Source: a virus. Taken from it: DNA of 64,000 nucleotides. The translations under genes were made by a program, and so were the position numbers. Shown here one piece after another: positions 18,901 through 28,799 of the stretch. Numbering within the stretch: position 1 is the first letter of the stretch; the number at the start of each line of letters is the position of its first letter. The stretch lies in the IMG/VR virus record IMGVR_UViG_3300044811_000050. One strand, given 5' to 3'. The notes beneath the pieces are model-generated. The model saw nothing but the letters and a program-made list of their open reading frames with translations. It was not told the origin of the DNA and did not search any database.

Positions 18901-20648
18901 GCACCGGGCACACCATCGTCAGCGGGGAGGCCACCACGGCCACCGCCGGGGCCTACGACTACGTGGACTCGATCATCCCCTGGGGCATCTACGAGATGGT
19001 GGTCGGCACCCTGGGCACCGGCACCGCCGCGCCGCTGCTCGGCCTGCTGCCGCTGCGCATCGACGACCAAGGGGTGCTGACCTACGCGGGCGGGCGGTCC
19101 AACTTCGGCACCACCTCGGTGATCAACCGCGCGGTGCAGGTCGGTGACGACATCCGGGTGGACGTGCTCCCGATGGCCATGGTGCCGACCAACCGCCGGC
19201 CGGTCGACTGGGTGGACAACGTCAGCCAGCCCTACGCATTGGTGATCTATCTCAACACCACCTGGATCAAGACCATCGGGCACCGGCTGGGAGCCAAGAC
19301 CAGGCGCGGGTTCTTCGGCCGGGTCGGGCAACACTTCCGGTCGTTCTCCTGGCTGCCCTACAACTACGGCCAGCTGCCGGGGCCGACCATCTGGGAGCTG
19401 CCGGTCACCGGCTTCGGCAGCTTCGACTCCTCCGGGCTGACCTGGACCGACACCGAGGGCTTCGTCTGGGCGCTGACCGGCACGGTCAACAACACCACTA
19501 CCGCCGGGGTGCTCACCTTCACCTCCGCCGCGAGCCAGATGCTGGTGGACACCAAGTACTGGTACGGCACGCTGACCGCCGGGGTCCGGCACGTGGCCGA
19601 CGGGACGATGGGCAAGCACGGCAACGTGCTGGTGCTCGACGCCGCCGCGAACGCCTATCTCAACGCCGCCGGCAACGTCATGCTGAACGGGGTCAGCATG
19701 GGCAACCTGGTGCCCGGCGGGGTGGCCAACAACTGCTTCCTTCAGGTGCAGTTCCTGCCCACCGCCTCGGTGGCTTCCTCGATCCGGGGCTCGATCAACC
19801 CGAGCACTTTCCCTCGGATGCTGGTGGCCCGAGTGGACGGCGCCGTGGTGGGCACCGCCGCGTTCACCGAGATGCAGACCTGGCAGGGCACCCGTCGGGG
19901 CCTGGCCGGCGACGTCTACGACGGCACCCCGGGCGCTACCATCGCCGACTACCACACATCGTTTGATTCCTTCGGCTGGGCGCCGGACTCCTCCAACGTG
20001 GCGCTCAACCCGAAGACCCCAACCTGGGACGAGGTCAGCCAGAAGGCCACCGGCACCTACGACAGCCTCGCCCAGTACCGGACCCTGGCCACCGGCCGGC
20101 TGCGCGCCCGGGTGATCCAACGGGGCGCCTCGATCGACGTCTGGGACATGGACACCCTGTCGTTGTTCGCCGACCCGATCGTGTGGAGCTTCTCCAACGA
20201 CGGCGGGCTGAACTTCTACAACGCCTATGACATCAAGAACGACCCGCGTGGCGTGTTGGTCTTCCCCGAGGGGGTGGTGGTCTCGGCGGGCACCGGGGCC
20301 GCCGGCACCACCCCGGGCCAGGCCCTGATCTGGCGGGCGATCAGCTACTCGCCCGGCCAGAAGATCAGTTCGCTGACCATCCGGCCGTGGTACGGCGGAC
20401 TGCTGTCCGGGATCACCCACCGGGTCGGGTTGGCCACCGGCGGACCCAACCAGATGCCGTACGACCACTACCCGCCGATCGAGCAGGACGCCCGGTTTCA
20501 GACCTGGCACAAGCCCATCCCGGCCGATTGGTTCTACCAACGGCGGATCTTGAGGCGCTCCGTCGACCAGGTGGTGCCGGCGCCGAAGGTGCTGCTGCTG
20601 CCGGAGGCCATGACCAGCTACTACCGCACCGAGATCCAGGGGTCCTGA
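15927..20648 (+). CDS. large minor tail/baseplate protein
   Basis: 1573 aa beta-rich ORF, coupled at both ends within the tail operon. Confidence 0.7.
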   Translation: MTSALTPAWSDNMPLDQLNATAKINSTSISSNEGTDPQRFWATPSRDGDDESQECMEITLSNERLVNHITFDLAKFPHDCWLECFDTTVGDWVPLRRADVERDEDCYHTVLDCNPPILPQASAIEGHNHPQHSFSGHWESCEFITRPVRFQRIRVILKRHTRSRLPCNSRGLKMAFSLAVRGLYCGYKVYSRDCVPTPQPKLVSYTEHQEFATSTDVLGSQVSYSYRVNKAENILFNSPNPTPDTQTLVWRCEPMPFPQAVVNYFMDVRDDAGDPQVLDRFYVDPLYDGPNVNLYYSNDEPDADFEAPDDPIPPQLAVVNGPTDGLDPLGSATSPYGRVTWVDVDAKPLGFRPGRRWWFGARLNWRFLRGLDTHDHPIIDCGEFHLAWTPLGMRFATARGDYFHVDVDNFHPATDFTFMSWYEDGHAHVKIKVNNQVFHDSRKLSVQLSENTIGKLRLGGFFTNNVSADFRLRHMCLKVDQTVTDDLSDDFLDDPEPYCRKPEFRADDTFKTNNAILRYNPGYSTDDFPTGLKGGTPTKYSNMEWSPIARDYILRKGFLQFPPTKAKYWKFEFCGLVAEPYEVYVPIKKTVKTFRTEMWMVPVKPPMVATRISIMVPGLSISVGLSATFGYRSSTSVSVSSPESNFSVRGYSATSVRVAASVNVHVAMMSVSWVWGFLPCHPPTFVPRFETKCVHVYESIEIAQQTKIAYFVGLKAIQPYKVSYLATDDTSQYDEQFHDSDNLDTESGWTLTNDHELTSGDSRYAQAQSQVFKSNRTVRAVQFATTQSAPTQLLPDDDFDAAEPGTNWREAGDGTMAPFTTQDERVGSTLRVDRGSRQPSWDKMDGSDGLYPFWSSIETQAPSWDAVERSGNPAQNLGGIEARSAVDTPPGGRIYAAARVIAPADLSSPLYVQIIDDVTGQVLSETGAEVKANQITEWWTSYTLGESAELAWRWRDFSVQTLYPTYVDSFVRANSSSLGNLSATNQAWLNVGTGHTIVSGEATTATAGAYDYVDSIIPWGIYEMVVGTLGTGTAAPLLGLLPLRIDDQGVLTYAGGRSNFGTTSVINRAVQVGDDIRVDVLPMAMVPTNRRPVDWVDNVSQPYALVIYLNTTWIKTIGHRLGAKTRRGFFGRVGQHFRSFSWLPYNYGQLPGPTIWELPVTGFGSFDSSGLTWTDTEGFVWALTGTVNNTTTAGVLTFTSAASQMLVDTKYWYGTLTAGVRHVADGTMGKHGNVLVLDAAANAYLNAAGNVMLNGVSMGNLVPGGVANNCFLQVQFLPTASVASSIRGSINPSTFPRMLVARVDGAVVGTAAFTEMQTWQGTRRGLAGDVYDGTPGATIADYHTSFDSFGWAPDSSNVALNPKTPTWDEVSQKATGTYDSLAQYRTLATGRLRARVIQRGASIDVWDMDTLSLFADPIVWSFSNDGGLNFYNAYDIKNDPRGVLVFPEGVVVSAGTGAAGTTPGQALIWRAISYSPGQKISSLTIRPWYGGLLSGITHRVGLATGGPNQMPYDHYPPIEQDARFQTWHKPIPADWFYQRRILRRSVDQVVPAPKVLLLPEAMTSYYRTEIQGS

Positions 20649-22255
20649 TGAGTAGAGCCCACCTGCACCGCCCGATCACGGACAGCGAAGGCAACGTGGT
20701 GCCCGGTACGAAGGTGACCGTCTACGAGGCGGGCACCAGCGGATTGATCGGGCAAGCGCTCTACACCCAGCCGACCGGCTCGCCGGTGTGGGACAACCCG
20801 CACGTCACCTCGGACGGCTTCGTCGACTTCTACCTGGACCGCCCACAGTCGGTGCGCATCGGGCTGGTGGTGCAGGGCAGCTCCGAGACCTACGTGGACG
20901 ACATCCCGGTGCTGCCGGCACCGGACAACCTGGTGCAGGCCGATGAGGCCTTCCAGGTGACCAATCCGGCCACCGCCGGCTGGTTCCTTCAGGCCGGCCA
21001 GCCGGGGCAGGCCTCTTGGGTGGACGCCGGGGACCTGGTCAATTCCCATCCCAGCCAGCTCAACCAGCTCTACGACTACGACTTCTCCGGCGGCACCATC
21101 CAGGATCTGGTGCTCACCGACGCCACCGGGGCCACCGTCACCCCGACCTACCCGGACGTCACCGCCGATGCGAAGCCGCTCGGGTGGGAGTTCTTCACCG
21201 CCGCCGTGCGGGTGCCGACCACCAGCAAGGTGACGATCAAGGTACCGACCATGACCTGGCCGGAGCGCGGCACGGTGATCTTCCTCTACAAGGTGGTCAC
21301 CGCCAACGCCGGAGTCGGCGCGGCGATGCTGCACGTCGGCATCGACAACGACCTGCTCTTCGTGGAGACCCCCACCTCGGCTGATCTGTGCAATACCTGG
21401 ATGGTCGGCTACCTGGACGAGATCCCCGCCGGCAGCCATGCGGTCACCCTCGAACATCGGCCGGGTACCGACACCGACTCCTACGTGCTGCTCGGCCCGG
21501 TCTGGCTCCAGTACGGCGACAACATCCCGGCCCATGATCACCCTGGCACGGCGGATCAGACCGTGCGACTGGGTACCGGGGCCACGGCGGGCTATGCCGG
21601 GGCCACGGCGGTCGGCGCGGCGGCTTTGGCCCAGGGGCTCAACGCCACCGCCTACGGCTACGACGCGCAGTCCGGCGCCGGCTCGGTGGCGGCCGGCGCG
21701 ATCACCCGGGCCGGCACCGACGCGGTCTCGGTCGGCTACCGGGCCAGCACCGCCGGCAAGACCGGCGGGGTGGCGCTCGGTCGGGACGCGATGACCAACG
21801 ACGACTACGCGGTGGCCGTGGGGCTCTCTGCGCGCGCTCAGGGCCCGAGCGGGGTCGCGGTGGGTTCCGGGGCCCTCACCGGGACTCTGGCCGGCTCCGT
21901 GGCCCTGGGAGCCAGCGCGCAGGCGCTTGCCGTGGGTGCCGTGGCGTTGGGGCAGAACGCCGTGGTGGCCGCCGGGCACGACTACTCGATCGCCATCGGC
22001 CAAGGGGTGGTCACCACCGCCGATCACCAGGCCCGGATCGGGGACTCGGCCACCACCGTGGTGATCCCGGGCAACTTCCGGCAGGTCGGCGGCAACGCCC
22101 TGTTCGGCGCGGCGGACAAGAAGCTCGGCTTCTACGGCTCAGCCGGGATCAACAAACCGACCGTGACCGGTTCCCGGGGCGGCAACGCCACCCTGGCCAG
22201 CCTGCTGACCCTGCTGGCCAACATGGGGCTGATCGTGGATGGGAGCACCAGCTGA
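20648..22255 (+). CDS. tail fibre with YadA-head-like repeats
   Basis: ATG 20648 overlaps the upstream TGA; ~14-aa (A/S)VA(V/L/I)G..A.A repeats at ~21560-22050. Confidence 0.75.
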   Translation: MSRAHLHRPITDSEGNVVPGTKVTVYEAGTSGLIGQALYTQPTGSPVWDNPHVTSDGFVDFYLDRPQSVRIGLVVQGSSETYVDDIPVLPAPDNLVQADEAFQVTNPATAGWFLQAGQPGQASWVDAGDLVNSHPSQLNQLYDYDFSGGTIQDLVLTDATGATVTPTYPDVTADAKPLGWEFFTAAVRVPTTSKVTIKVPTMTWPERGTVIFLYKVVTANAGVGAAMLHVGIDNDLLFVETPTSADLCNTWMVGYLDEIPAGSHAVTLEHRPGTDTDSYVLLGPVWLQYGDNIPAHDHPGTADQTVRLGTGATAGYAGATAVGAAALAQGLNATAYGYDAQSGAGSVAAGAITRAGTDAVSVGYRASTAGKTGGVALGRDAMTNDDYAVAVGLSARAQGPSGVAVGSGALTGTLAGSVALGASAQALAVGAVALGQNAVVAAGHDYSIAIGQGVVTTADHQARIGDSATTVVIPGNFRQVGGNALFGAADKKLGFYGSAGINKPTVTGSRGGNATLASLLTLLANMGLIVDGSTS

Positions 22256-25200
22256 TGGCTCTCTCGAATCGGGCGCAGCTGTATCACCCGGTGGTTGACG
22301 AGGCGGGGGATCTGTTCCGGTACGCGCGGATTCGGGTGTACCTGGAGGACGGGGTCACCCCGTTCGACGGGCAGATCTACCGCGACGGCACCAGCACCAA
22401 GACCTACGGGAATCCGTTCGTCGCGGCGCCCGCGTTGGTCACCGTCTACTTCGAGCGGCCGACCCGGGTCCGGCTGGGCATGCAGGTCGACCTGAGCAAG
22501 CCCGAGGTCATCGGCGACGTGATCGACGTGACCCTCGACGCGGACCATGCGGTGGACACCCTCAGCCCGCTCTACATCCAGGGCGACTGGGTGCCGCAGG
22601 GGCTGCTGTGCGGGCGGGACTCGGCCACCGCGTTCTGGAAGCCGCTGCGCATCGACCACGAGCACGCGGCGGTGGCGTCGGGCACCACCCTGGCCGGGTC
22701 CAGCTCGCTGCCGCTGCGCCAGGCCGGCACCTTCGACGGCGCCACGGTGCTCGGCGCCGGCTCCGGCGGGTGGGGCGCGCACAGTTCGTTGCGCAGCTCT
22801 TCGATGCTCGGCTCGTTGGCCGACGGCTACGGCCGGGGCACCACCGCGATCGGGCACAACGCGCTGGCCGAGGAGGCGGACGCCACGCCCTGGCGCGACG
22901 GCGCGACCGCCCTAGGCCGGGCCGCCAGCGCGATTGATGGGGCGGTCGCGGTCGGGGCGCAAACCGTTGCCGATGACGGCTCGGTCTCCCTCGGCGCCGG
23001 CACCTGGGCCGGCTTGGACAGCGCGGTGGCGTTGGGCACCGGCGCGCGACCGGCCGGCGGCGGGTTGGCCATCGGCGCCAACGCCGGCTCGTCCGCCAAT
23101 GGCATGCCCGGCTCCATCGGGTTGGGCACCGGCGCCCAGTACGGGCTGCCCAGCTCCACCGACGCCGGGGACACCTCGGTCTTGCTCGGTGGCTACGACC
23201 CGAGCCGGGCCCGGATCTTCCCGTGGGCCAACCCGGGCGCCAGCCAATCAGAGAGCCCGTTCAACGAGTTCACCCCGACGATGGCGTTCACCGGGCGCAC
23301 CGTGCAGCTTCAGCGGCACCTGGAGTGGCTGGCCGACATCGTCGGGCTCCAGGTGTCCGGGGACGTCACCCTGGGCGGTCCAGACGGCCTGCTGGGCTTC
23401 TATGGCACCGCCCCGAAGGTCAAGGCCTCCCTCGGTGACGACGAGCCCTCTAGCGGCATCACCGCGCTGGACAACCTGATCTACGCGCTGCGCGACCTCG
23501 GGCTGCTGCGCTACCGCACCGAGGCTTCGATGCTCTACCGGGGCGATGACCTGACCCGCCATTACCGCGACGGCGACCAGGTGGCGGCCTGGCCGGAGCA
23601 CTTCGGTGGGGACACCGCGCGGGCGGTACCTGGCCGGCCGCCCACCTACCGACTCGCCGATGCCGGGTTTAACCGCCAGCCCACCGTGGGCTTCAACAAC
23701 TCGATCTACCTGCGGTCCACCCAGCCGATCGGCGAGCTGCGCGGGGCCAACCTGCTGCCGCAGGAGAAGCACTACATCGCGGTGGCCAGCCACACCCGCC
23801 ACTCGTTCGGGCTCAACGAGGGTTTGCTCAACCTGTCCTACCTCGATCGCACGGTCACCGACGACACCAACGTGCTGGCCGGGGATGGCTACGACACCGG
23901 CCGCTGGCAGGCCCGCAACATCAGCGCGTACACCGCCGACGGGCTCGACCAGACCCGCAACATGGACGCCCGACTGCCTGGCCCGCACGCCTACGCGGTC
24001 AGCCACCCGGCCACCTGGCCGCATGCCCGACCGGTGATCGGCGGGCCGCGCGACAACGCAACCTCGGACTGGAACCGATGGTCGGGCAACATCGCCGAGC
24101 TGGTCGGCATGGACGCCACCTGGGAACCCCGGCACGTGGCCTCGATGGCCACCGGGCTCCAGTTCAAGTACGACATCAACCAGCCCGACTCCGCGCTGAA
24201 GGACCCGGCCAAGAACTTCGTGCTCACCCAGCACGACCCGATGAACGGCACCCTGATCTTCTGGGACAAGGACTACTCGGACGGCTACCTGGGTAAGGTG
24301 CGCGGGCACGTCATCCGAGTGCCCAAGTCGGTCATCTTCGTCCCCTTCATCTCCATTTACATCGCATTCAGCTACTACTTCTTCCGGGGGTCCCTGGTCG
24401 GTAACTGGGGGAACATTTCCGGAAGTTCGGAATACGAGGTCGACATCTCCATCAAGATCGGCGATCTTGACGAGGATGGGGATATCGACGTCGATGTCGA
24501 GTTCGACGTGGAGACCGAGTCGCACGTCGGGACCTTCTCGCTGAACAACAACCTGACCTGGTCCATGGGCCAGCTCAACTGTGACTACGGCTACAAAATC
24601 TGTCGGATCCGGCACCGGATCACCCGAGAGATCGTCTGCATCTCCGGCGAGCCGCCGTTCCGGTACGCCGACACCGACGTGTTGATCTACTCGACCAAGT
24701 CCGACGGCTCGCTGCTGCTGGAGGCCACCACCCCGTTGTGGGGAGACGGTTCGTTCAAGGCCTGGGTGCGCCATCCCGGCAAGAAGATTGCCCGGGTGGT
24801 GGAGCGGTCTACCGGCAATGTATTGGGCACCACCGAGTACCAGGAGAAGGCGCTGCCGCGTACCCAGCTTTATGCCGACGACGATCCCGAGGTGAGCTTC
24901 GCCAACCGGGACAAGGCCAACCCCTACGAGTCGGCCCTGACAACGTTCTCAATCCTTGAGATGTCTCCCCTGTACTGGTACCGGGCTCGGCATATCCTGG
25001 CAACGCTGCGGTTGGTGTGTAACGACGACGGGTCGCTGAACGAGAGTTATTCGGCGGTCCTCCCCGTGAAGGCCACCCGACCCGCAGGAGAATCGCCTGA
25101 GCGCTGGGGAGCGGCTTGGGCGATCCTGGCCGTCCTCCGCTACCAGGCGGTCACGGGGGACGGCCAGTTCCTGGCTTTCGCCACCCAGCTCGCGGACTTC

Positions 25201-26229
25201 CTGGCCGGCTCGACCATGGCCACCAGCACCCGAACTCGGGCGGCGACCTACTTCGCCTATCGGGACCTGGCGGCGGTCACCGGCACCACGAGCTACGCCA
25301 CGGCCGCCCAGAACGTCCGTACGGCCCTGCTGGCCGATTGCTGGGTGGCAAGCCCCGGCCGGTGGAAAGAGGCTAGCGACGCGGACGCGGAGAGCCTGCA
25401 CGCCACCGTGATGGGCGGGCTGTTCGCGTTGGCCATCGGTGACCAGGCCAAAGCGCGCGCCAGCATCCGGCACCTGAAGCGGTTCCGAGTGAAGAACGCC
25501 GGGGTCAGCGCGCCGCACTACGCCGGTCCGACCGGGCTGCTCGGTTACAAGACCTACGCCGACGCCGGCAGCGCGCCGCACACCAGCCCGCCGGCCGTCA
25601 TCGACCAGGAAGGCACCTGGCTGGGTGTGCTGTTCAAGATGCGCTACGGCGAGCCGATCGGTGACGACGTGGTCTCGTTGTACCGCTGGGGACAGAACTC
25701 CATCTCCGCCGACCCCACCCATGACCTCTACTCCCCGCAGTTCCTGCGGTATTCCGGCAACGCCACCACCGCGCCCTACAACCTGCGGGCCCGGCCGCAC
25801 CTGGCGGTGGGCTCCTGGGGCCACATCCTGGCCAACGGCGGCCGAGCCCTGCTCGTCCCGGACCCCCTGCCGGCGCCGGTGCCGACTGAGATGGGGCTCA
25901 GCGTGGCATTCGACTCCGCCTCTGGCCGTTACCAATTCCGGTACACCTGGAAGGCCGATCCGTCGGTACCCGCCGTGGCCTACGAGGCGGTGGCCGAACA
26001 GAGCACCGACTCGGAAGTTACCTGGTCAGCGGCTTCGTCGGGCAGCGTCCAAGGTCAGCTCGGCGGCGCCGCCGATCTGAGCGTTGGCACGAATGGGTTC
26101 AGCGCCACCTGGTCGACCCCGCCGCCGGACAATGCCGGAACGCGGTACCGGGTCCGGGTTCGGCTTCGGAACGCTGCATTCGGTTCCTGGGTGGCTACTC
26201 CGAGCACCGGTTTGCCGACAGCTTCCTGA
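22255..26229 (+). CDS. tail fibre/adhesin: YadA-like repeats, lectin-like region, putative alpha/alpha-barrel glycosidase-like domain, FN3-like C-terminus
   Basis: TTAIG/ATALG/AVAVG repeats; WAILAVLRYQAVTGDGQFL helical-hairpin motif; C-terminal YRVRVR strand. Confidence 0.7.
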   Translation: MALSNRAQLYHPVVDEAGDLFRYARIRVYLEDGVTPFDGQIYRDGTSTKTYGNPFVAAPALVTVYFERPTRVRLGMQVDLSKPEVIGDVIDVTLDADHAVDTLSPLYIQGDWVPQGLLCGRDSATAFWKPLRIDHEHAAVASGTTLAGSSSLPLRQAGTFDGATVLGAGSGGWGAHSSLRSSSMLGSLADGYGRGTTAIGHNALAEEADATPWRDGATALGRAASAIDGAVAVGAQTVADDGSVSLGAGTWAGLDSAVALGTGARPAGGGLAIGANAGSSANGMPGSIGLGTGAQYGLPSSTDAGDTSVLLGGYDPSRARIFPWANPGASQSESPFNEFTPTMAFTGRTVQLQRHLEWLADIVGLQVSGDVTLGGPDGLLGFYGTAPKVKASLGDDEPSSGITALDNLIYALRDLGLLRYRTEASMLYRGDDLTRHYRDGDQVAAWPEHFGGDTARAVPGRPPTYRLADAGFNRQPTVGFNNSIYLRSTQPIGELRGANLLPQEKHYIAVASHTRHSFGLNEGLLNLSYLDRTVTDDTNVLAGDGYDTGRWQARNISAYTADGLDQTRNMDARLPGPHAYAVSHPATWPHARPVIGGPRDNATSDWNRWSGNIAELVGMDATWEPRHVASMATGLQFKYDINQPDSALKDPAKNFVLTQHDPMNGTLIFWDKDYSDGYLGKVRGHVIRVPKSVIFVPFISIYIAFSYYFFRGSLVGNWGNISGSSEYEVDISIKIGDLDEDGDIDVDVEFDVETESHVGTFSLNNNLTWSMGQLNCDYGYKICRIRHRITREIVCISGEPPFRYADTDVLIYSTKSDGSLLLEATTPLWGDGSFKAWVRHPGKKIARVVERSTGNVLGTTEYQEKALPRTQLYADDDPEVSFANRDKANPYESALTTFSILEMSPLYWYRARHILATLRLVCNDDGSLNESYSAVLPVKATRPAGESPERWGAAWAILAVLRYQAVTGDGQFLAFATQLADFLAGSTMATSTRTRAATYFAYRDLAAVTGTTSYATAAQNVRTALLADCWVASPGRWKEASDADAESLHATVMGGLFALAIGDQAKARASIRHLKRFRVKNAGVSAPHYAGPTGLLGYKTYADAGSAPHTSPPAVIDQEGTWLGVLFKMRYGEPIGDDVVSLYRWGQNSISADPTHDLYSPQFLRYSGNATTAPYNLRARPHLAVGSWGHILANGGRALLVPDPLPAPVPTEMGLSVAFDSASGRYQFRYTWKADPSVPAVAYEAVAEQSTDSEVTWSAASSGSVQGQLGGAADLSVGTNGFSATWSTPPPDNAGTRYRVRVRLRNAAFGSWVATPSTGLPTAS

Positions 26230-26322
26230 CCTCGCGTAGTAAGTTTCTTGGACACGTTCTGGGGGAACGTGTCATGATGCGCGTGTCGGCCATGCCGGTC
26301 GGAGCATTCGGAAGGTGCAGCG

Positions 26323-26622
26323 ATGACTCTGGAACTCGCGGTATCTCGCGCGGTGACCCAGAGCCGACTCCTGGAGCGCGCCCTGCACTCCAGGAGATCC
26401 TGGTTCATCAACATCGGCGGGACTTACTCGGAAGCCGAGCGGCTTCAGCGCGACCACGGCGTGGATTTCACGGCGTGCTTCACCGACGTGTCTCCAGACG
26501 TGAATGTTGTGGCCCTTTATGAGGGCGGAACTCTTCTCTCGGTTAAGCCGTTCAGATACCCTGGTTCTGGCAGGTTTTGTCTGACCTGGAACCTTTCCCT
26601 GGAGGAGCGAGTTTCGGCATGA
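26323..26622 (+). CDS. hypothetical protein
   Basis: 99 aa ORF whose stop overlaps the helicase ATG (ATGA). Confidence 0.5.
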   Translation: MTLELAVSRAVTQSRLLERALHSRRSWFINIGGTYSEAERLQRDHGVDFTACFTDVSPDVNVVALYEGGTLLSVKPFRYPGSGRFCLTWNLSLEERVSA

Positions 26623-28280
26623 GCATCAATGACGCGCCGGTCTACGTGCCGGCGCGCAAGATGCCCAACGGAAAGCTCTTCTACTCCCCGCTCGGTGTGT
26701 TCCCCTTCCAGGCTGACGGCGTGGCGGAGTGCTATATCCGCACCGAGCCGGACCAGGCCGGTGGGGTACTTCCGATCTGGGACTGGGGCATCGGCAAGAC
26801 GGTGCTCTCGCTGCTGCTGGCGACCTACCTGATCGAGGACGGCCAGATCGACCAGGTCATGGTCATCTGCGAGGAGAACAAGGTCCGGGAGTGGCCGGCG
26901 GACATCGCCAAGTTCACCGGGATGTCCGCCGTGCGCTATCACGGCCCGGGTCGCCAGCAGCGCCTCGCCAAGTGCGGCGTACCGCAGGCGCTGGTCACCA
27001 CCTACGAGACCGGCCGCTCCGAGCTGATGGCCCGGGTGCGCAAGAACAACACCCGGGGCAAGGGCTCGGCCACCGACGGGCCGCTGGTCGAGCACCTCGG
27101 CTTGCGCGACAAGCGGATCCTGTGGATCTTCGACGAGCCGATCAAGCTGCGCAACCGCAGCTCCACCACCTACCAGGCCTACTGGTACATCCTCAACCAG
27201 CTGCGGCGCGGCCCGCACCACCAGCGCTGCATCGGGCTGACCGCGACCAGCTTCGAGACCGAGATCGGCCAGGCGTTCAACATCGCCCGGATGATGGCCC
27301 CGAACAGCCAGCCCCAGGTGGGCCAGTTCGAGCAGGAGTTCACCTCCGGGCGCGACGACTTCGGCCGCTACCGGTACAAAAACAAGCAGGTCTACGCGCA
27401 CGTCTACTTCCAGCCGATCATGATCCGGAAGAAGAAGACCGACGCCGATGTCATTGATCAGTTCCCCGCGCTGATCGAGGAATCCGACCCGGTAGCCATG
27501 CACAAAGATCATCGGGACTTCTACCACGCGGTGATGACCATGCTCGACCCGCCGGACGGCGCGGAGGACCCGCGCGACGATGATCAGATCGTCGCCGACG
27601 AGCAACGGATCCGCCGACTGCTGCGGATGACCGCCGGGCACCCGGCCAGCCACCTGCACGTGCCCAACGAGTTGTCCAAGCAGATCGTGGAGAGGGTCGG
27701 CGCCGACGGGCTGCGGGCCATCCACAGCTCCAAGTCGCAGCGGCTGATCGAGCGGCTCACCCCATTGATCAAAGGCCAAGGCGCCCAGGTGATCATCTAT
27801 GAGTTCTTCACCTCGGTGCTCCGCGAGGTGGCCAGGGAGCTGCGGGAGGCCGGGTTCACCGTCGCCGAGTACCACGGCGGGCTGTCCGGCCCCGAGCGCG
27901 AGCGGCAGAAGCAGGCCTGGAAGCGCGGCGAGTTCGAGATCCTGTTCATGTCCGACGCCGGGCAGCGCGGGATGAACCTGCCCGAGGCCACCTACGTGTT
28001 CGAGTACTCCAGCGCGACCACCTACGCCGGCCGGATGCAGCGGATCAACCGCAACAACCGGATCGACCACAAGCGGCCCAGCACCACCGCGATCACCATG
28101 GTGCTGGAGCACACCCTGGAAGAGGACATCTTCGCCGGCATGAGCGCGCGCAACGAGGACATGGACACCCTCTACGGTGATCGCGCGGATGGCTCCCAGT
28201 TTGTCTCGGCCGCTCAGCGCCGGCAGATCCTGGGCGCCTACCGCCGCCGTATCAGCCCAGGAGAGGACGCAGCAGCGTGA
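26619..28280 (+). CDS. SNF2-family (SF2) helicase
   Basis: GIGKT, FDEP, GLTAT, YHGG, SDAGQRGMNL and QRINRNNR motifs; start set at the ATGA overlap. Confidence 0.85.
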   Translation: MSINDAPVYVPARKMPNGKLFYSPLGVFPFQADGVAECYIRTEPDQAGGVLPIWDWGIGKTVLSLLLATYLIEDGQIDQVMVICEENKVREWPADIAKFTGMSAVRYHGPGRQQRLAKCGVPQALVTTYETGRSELMARVRKNNTRGKGSATDGPLVEHLGLRDKRILWIFDEPIKLRNRSSTTYQAYWYILNQLRRGPHHQRCIGLTATSFETEIGQAFNIARMMAPNSQPQVGQFEQEFTSGRDDFGRYRYKNKQVYAHVYFQPIMIRKKKTDADVIDQFPALIEESDPVAMHKDHRDFYHAVMTMLDPPDGAEDPRDDDQIVADEQRIRRLLRMTAGHPASHLHVPNELSKQIVERVGADGLRAIHSSKSQRLIERLTPLIKGQGAQVIIYEFFTSVLREVARELREAGFTVAEYHGGLSGPERERQKQAWKRGEFEILFMSDAGQRGMNLPEATYVFEYSSATTYAGRMQRINRNNRIDHKRPSTTAITMVLEHTLEEDIFAGMSARNEDMDTLYGDRADGSQFVSAAQRRQILGAYRRRISPGEDAAA

Positions 28281-28789
28281 CCGAGCAACACATCCACCAG
28301 CTTGACCAGACCGACGTGGCCGGGCCCCAGCAGACCACCGGGGTGGTCAACGTCCTGGCCGATTTGAACGAGCGCTACCAGCGGGCCTTCGAACGCCTCG
28401 GCGGGGGAGAGCGGGTGCGCTTCGGCCTGGGCCTGGTGCCGATGCCCACCGAGCAGATGGACGCCTCCGGACAACGGCAGCTGATCTCGATGCTGGCGCT
28501 CTACGTGGAGGTGCCCGGCGCGTTGCTGGGCACCGCGATCTCCGGCACCCAGATCACCCAGATCGCCGGCACCAAGGACGAGGAGATCGAGCTGCGGGTC
28601 CGGGAGATCCTGGACGGCCTGTTGGAGGCCCGCAGCCAGCAGCTGGAACAGCAGCGCATCGACACGGAGGCGGCCCAGGCGAACGGTCAGCCGCCCCCGA
28701 CTAGCGGCATCATCGCGCCGGGCCAGGGAGCGAACCCCTCCTGGGACGACGCAGAGCGAGCGTTGGGTGACTACAGAGCCGGTCGGTAA
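28277..28789 (+). CDS. hypothetical protein
   Basis: GTGA overlap, GAGG RBS, GC3 bias. Confidence 0.65.
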   Translation: MTEQHIHQLDQTDVAGPQQTTGVVNVLADLNERYQRAFERLGGGERVRFGLGLVPMPTEQMDASGQRQLISMLALYVEVPGALLGTAISGTQITQIAGTKDEEIELRVREILDGLLEARSQQLEQQRIDTEAAQANGQPPPTSGIIAPGQGANPSWDDAERALGDYRAGR

Positions 28790-28799
28790 CACGATCGGG

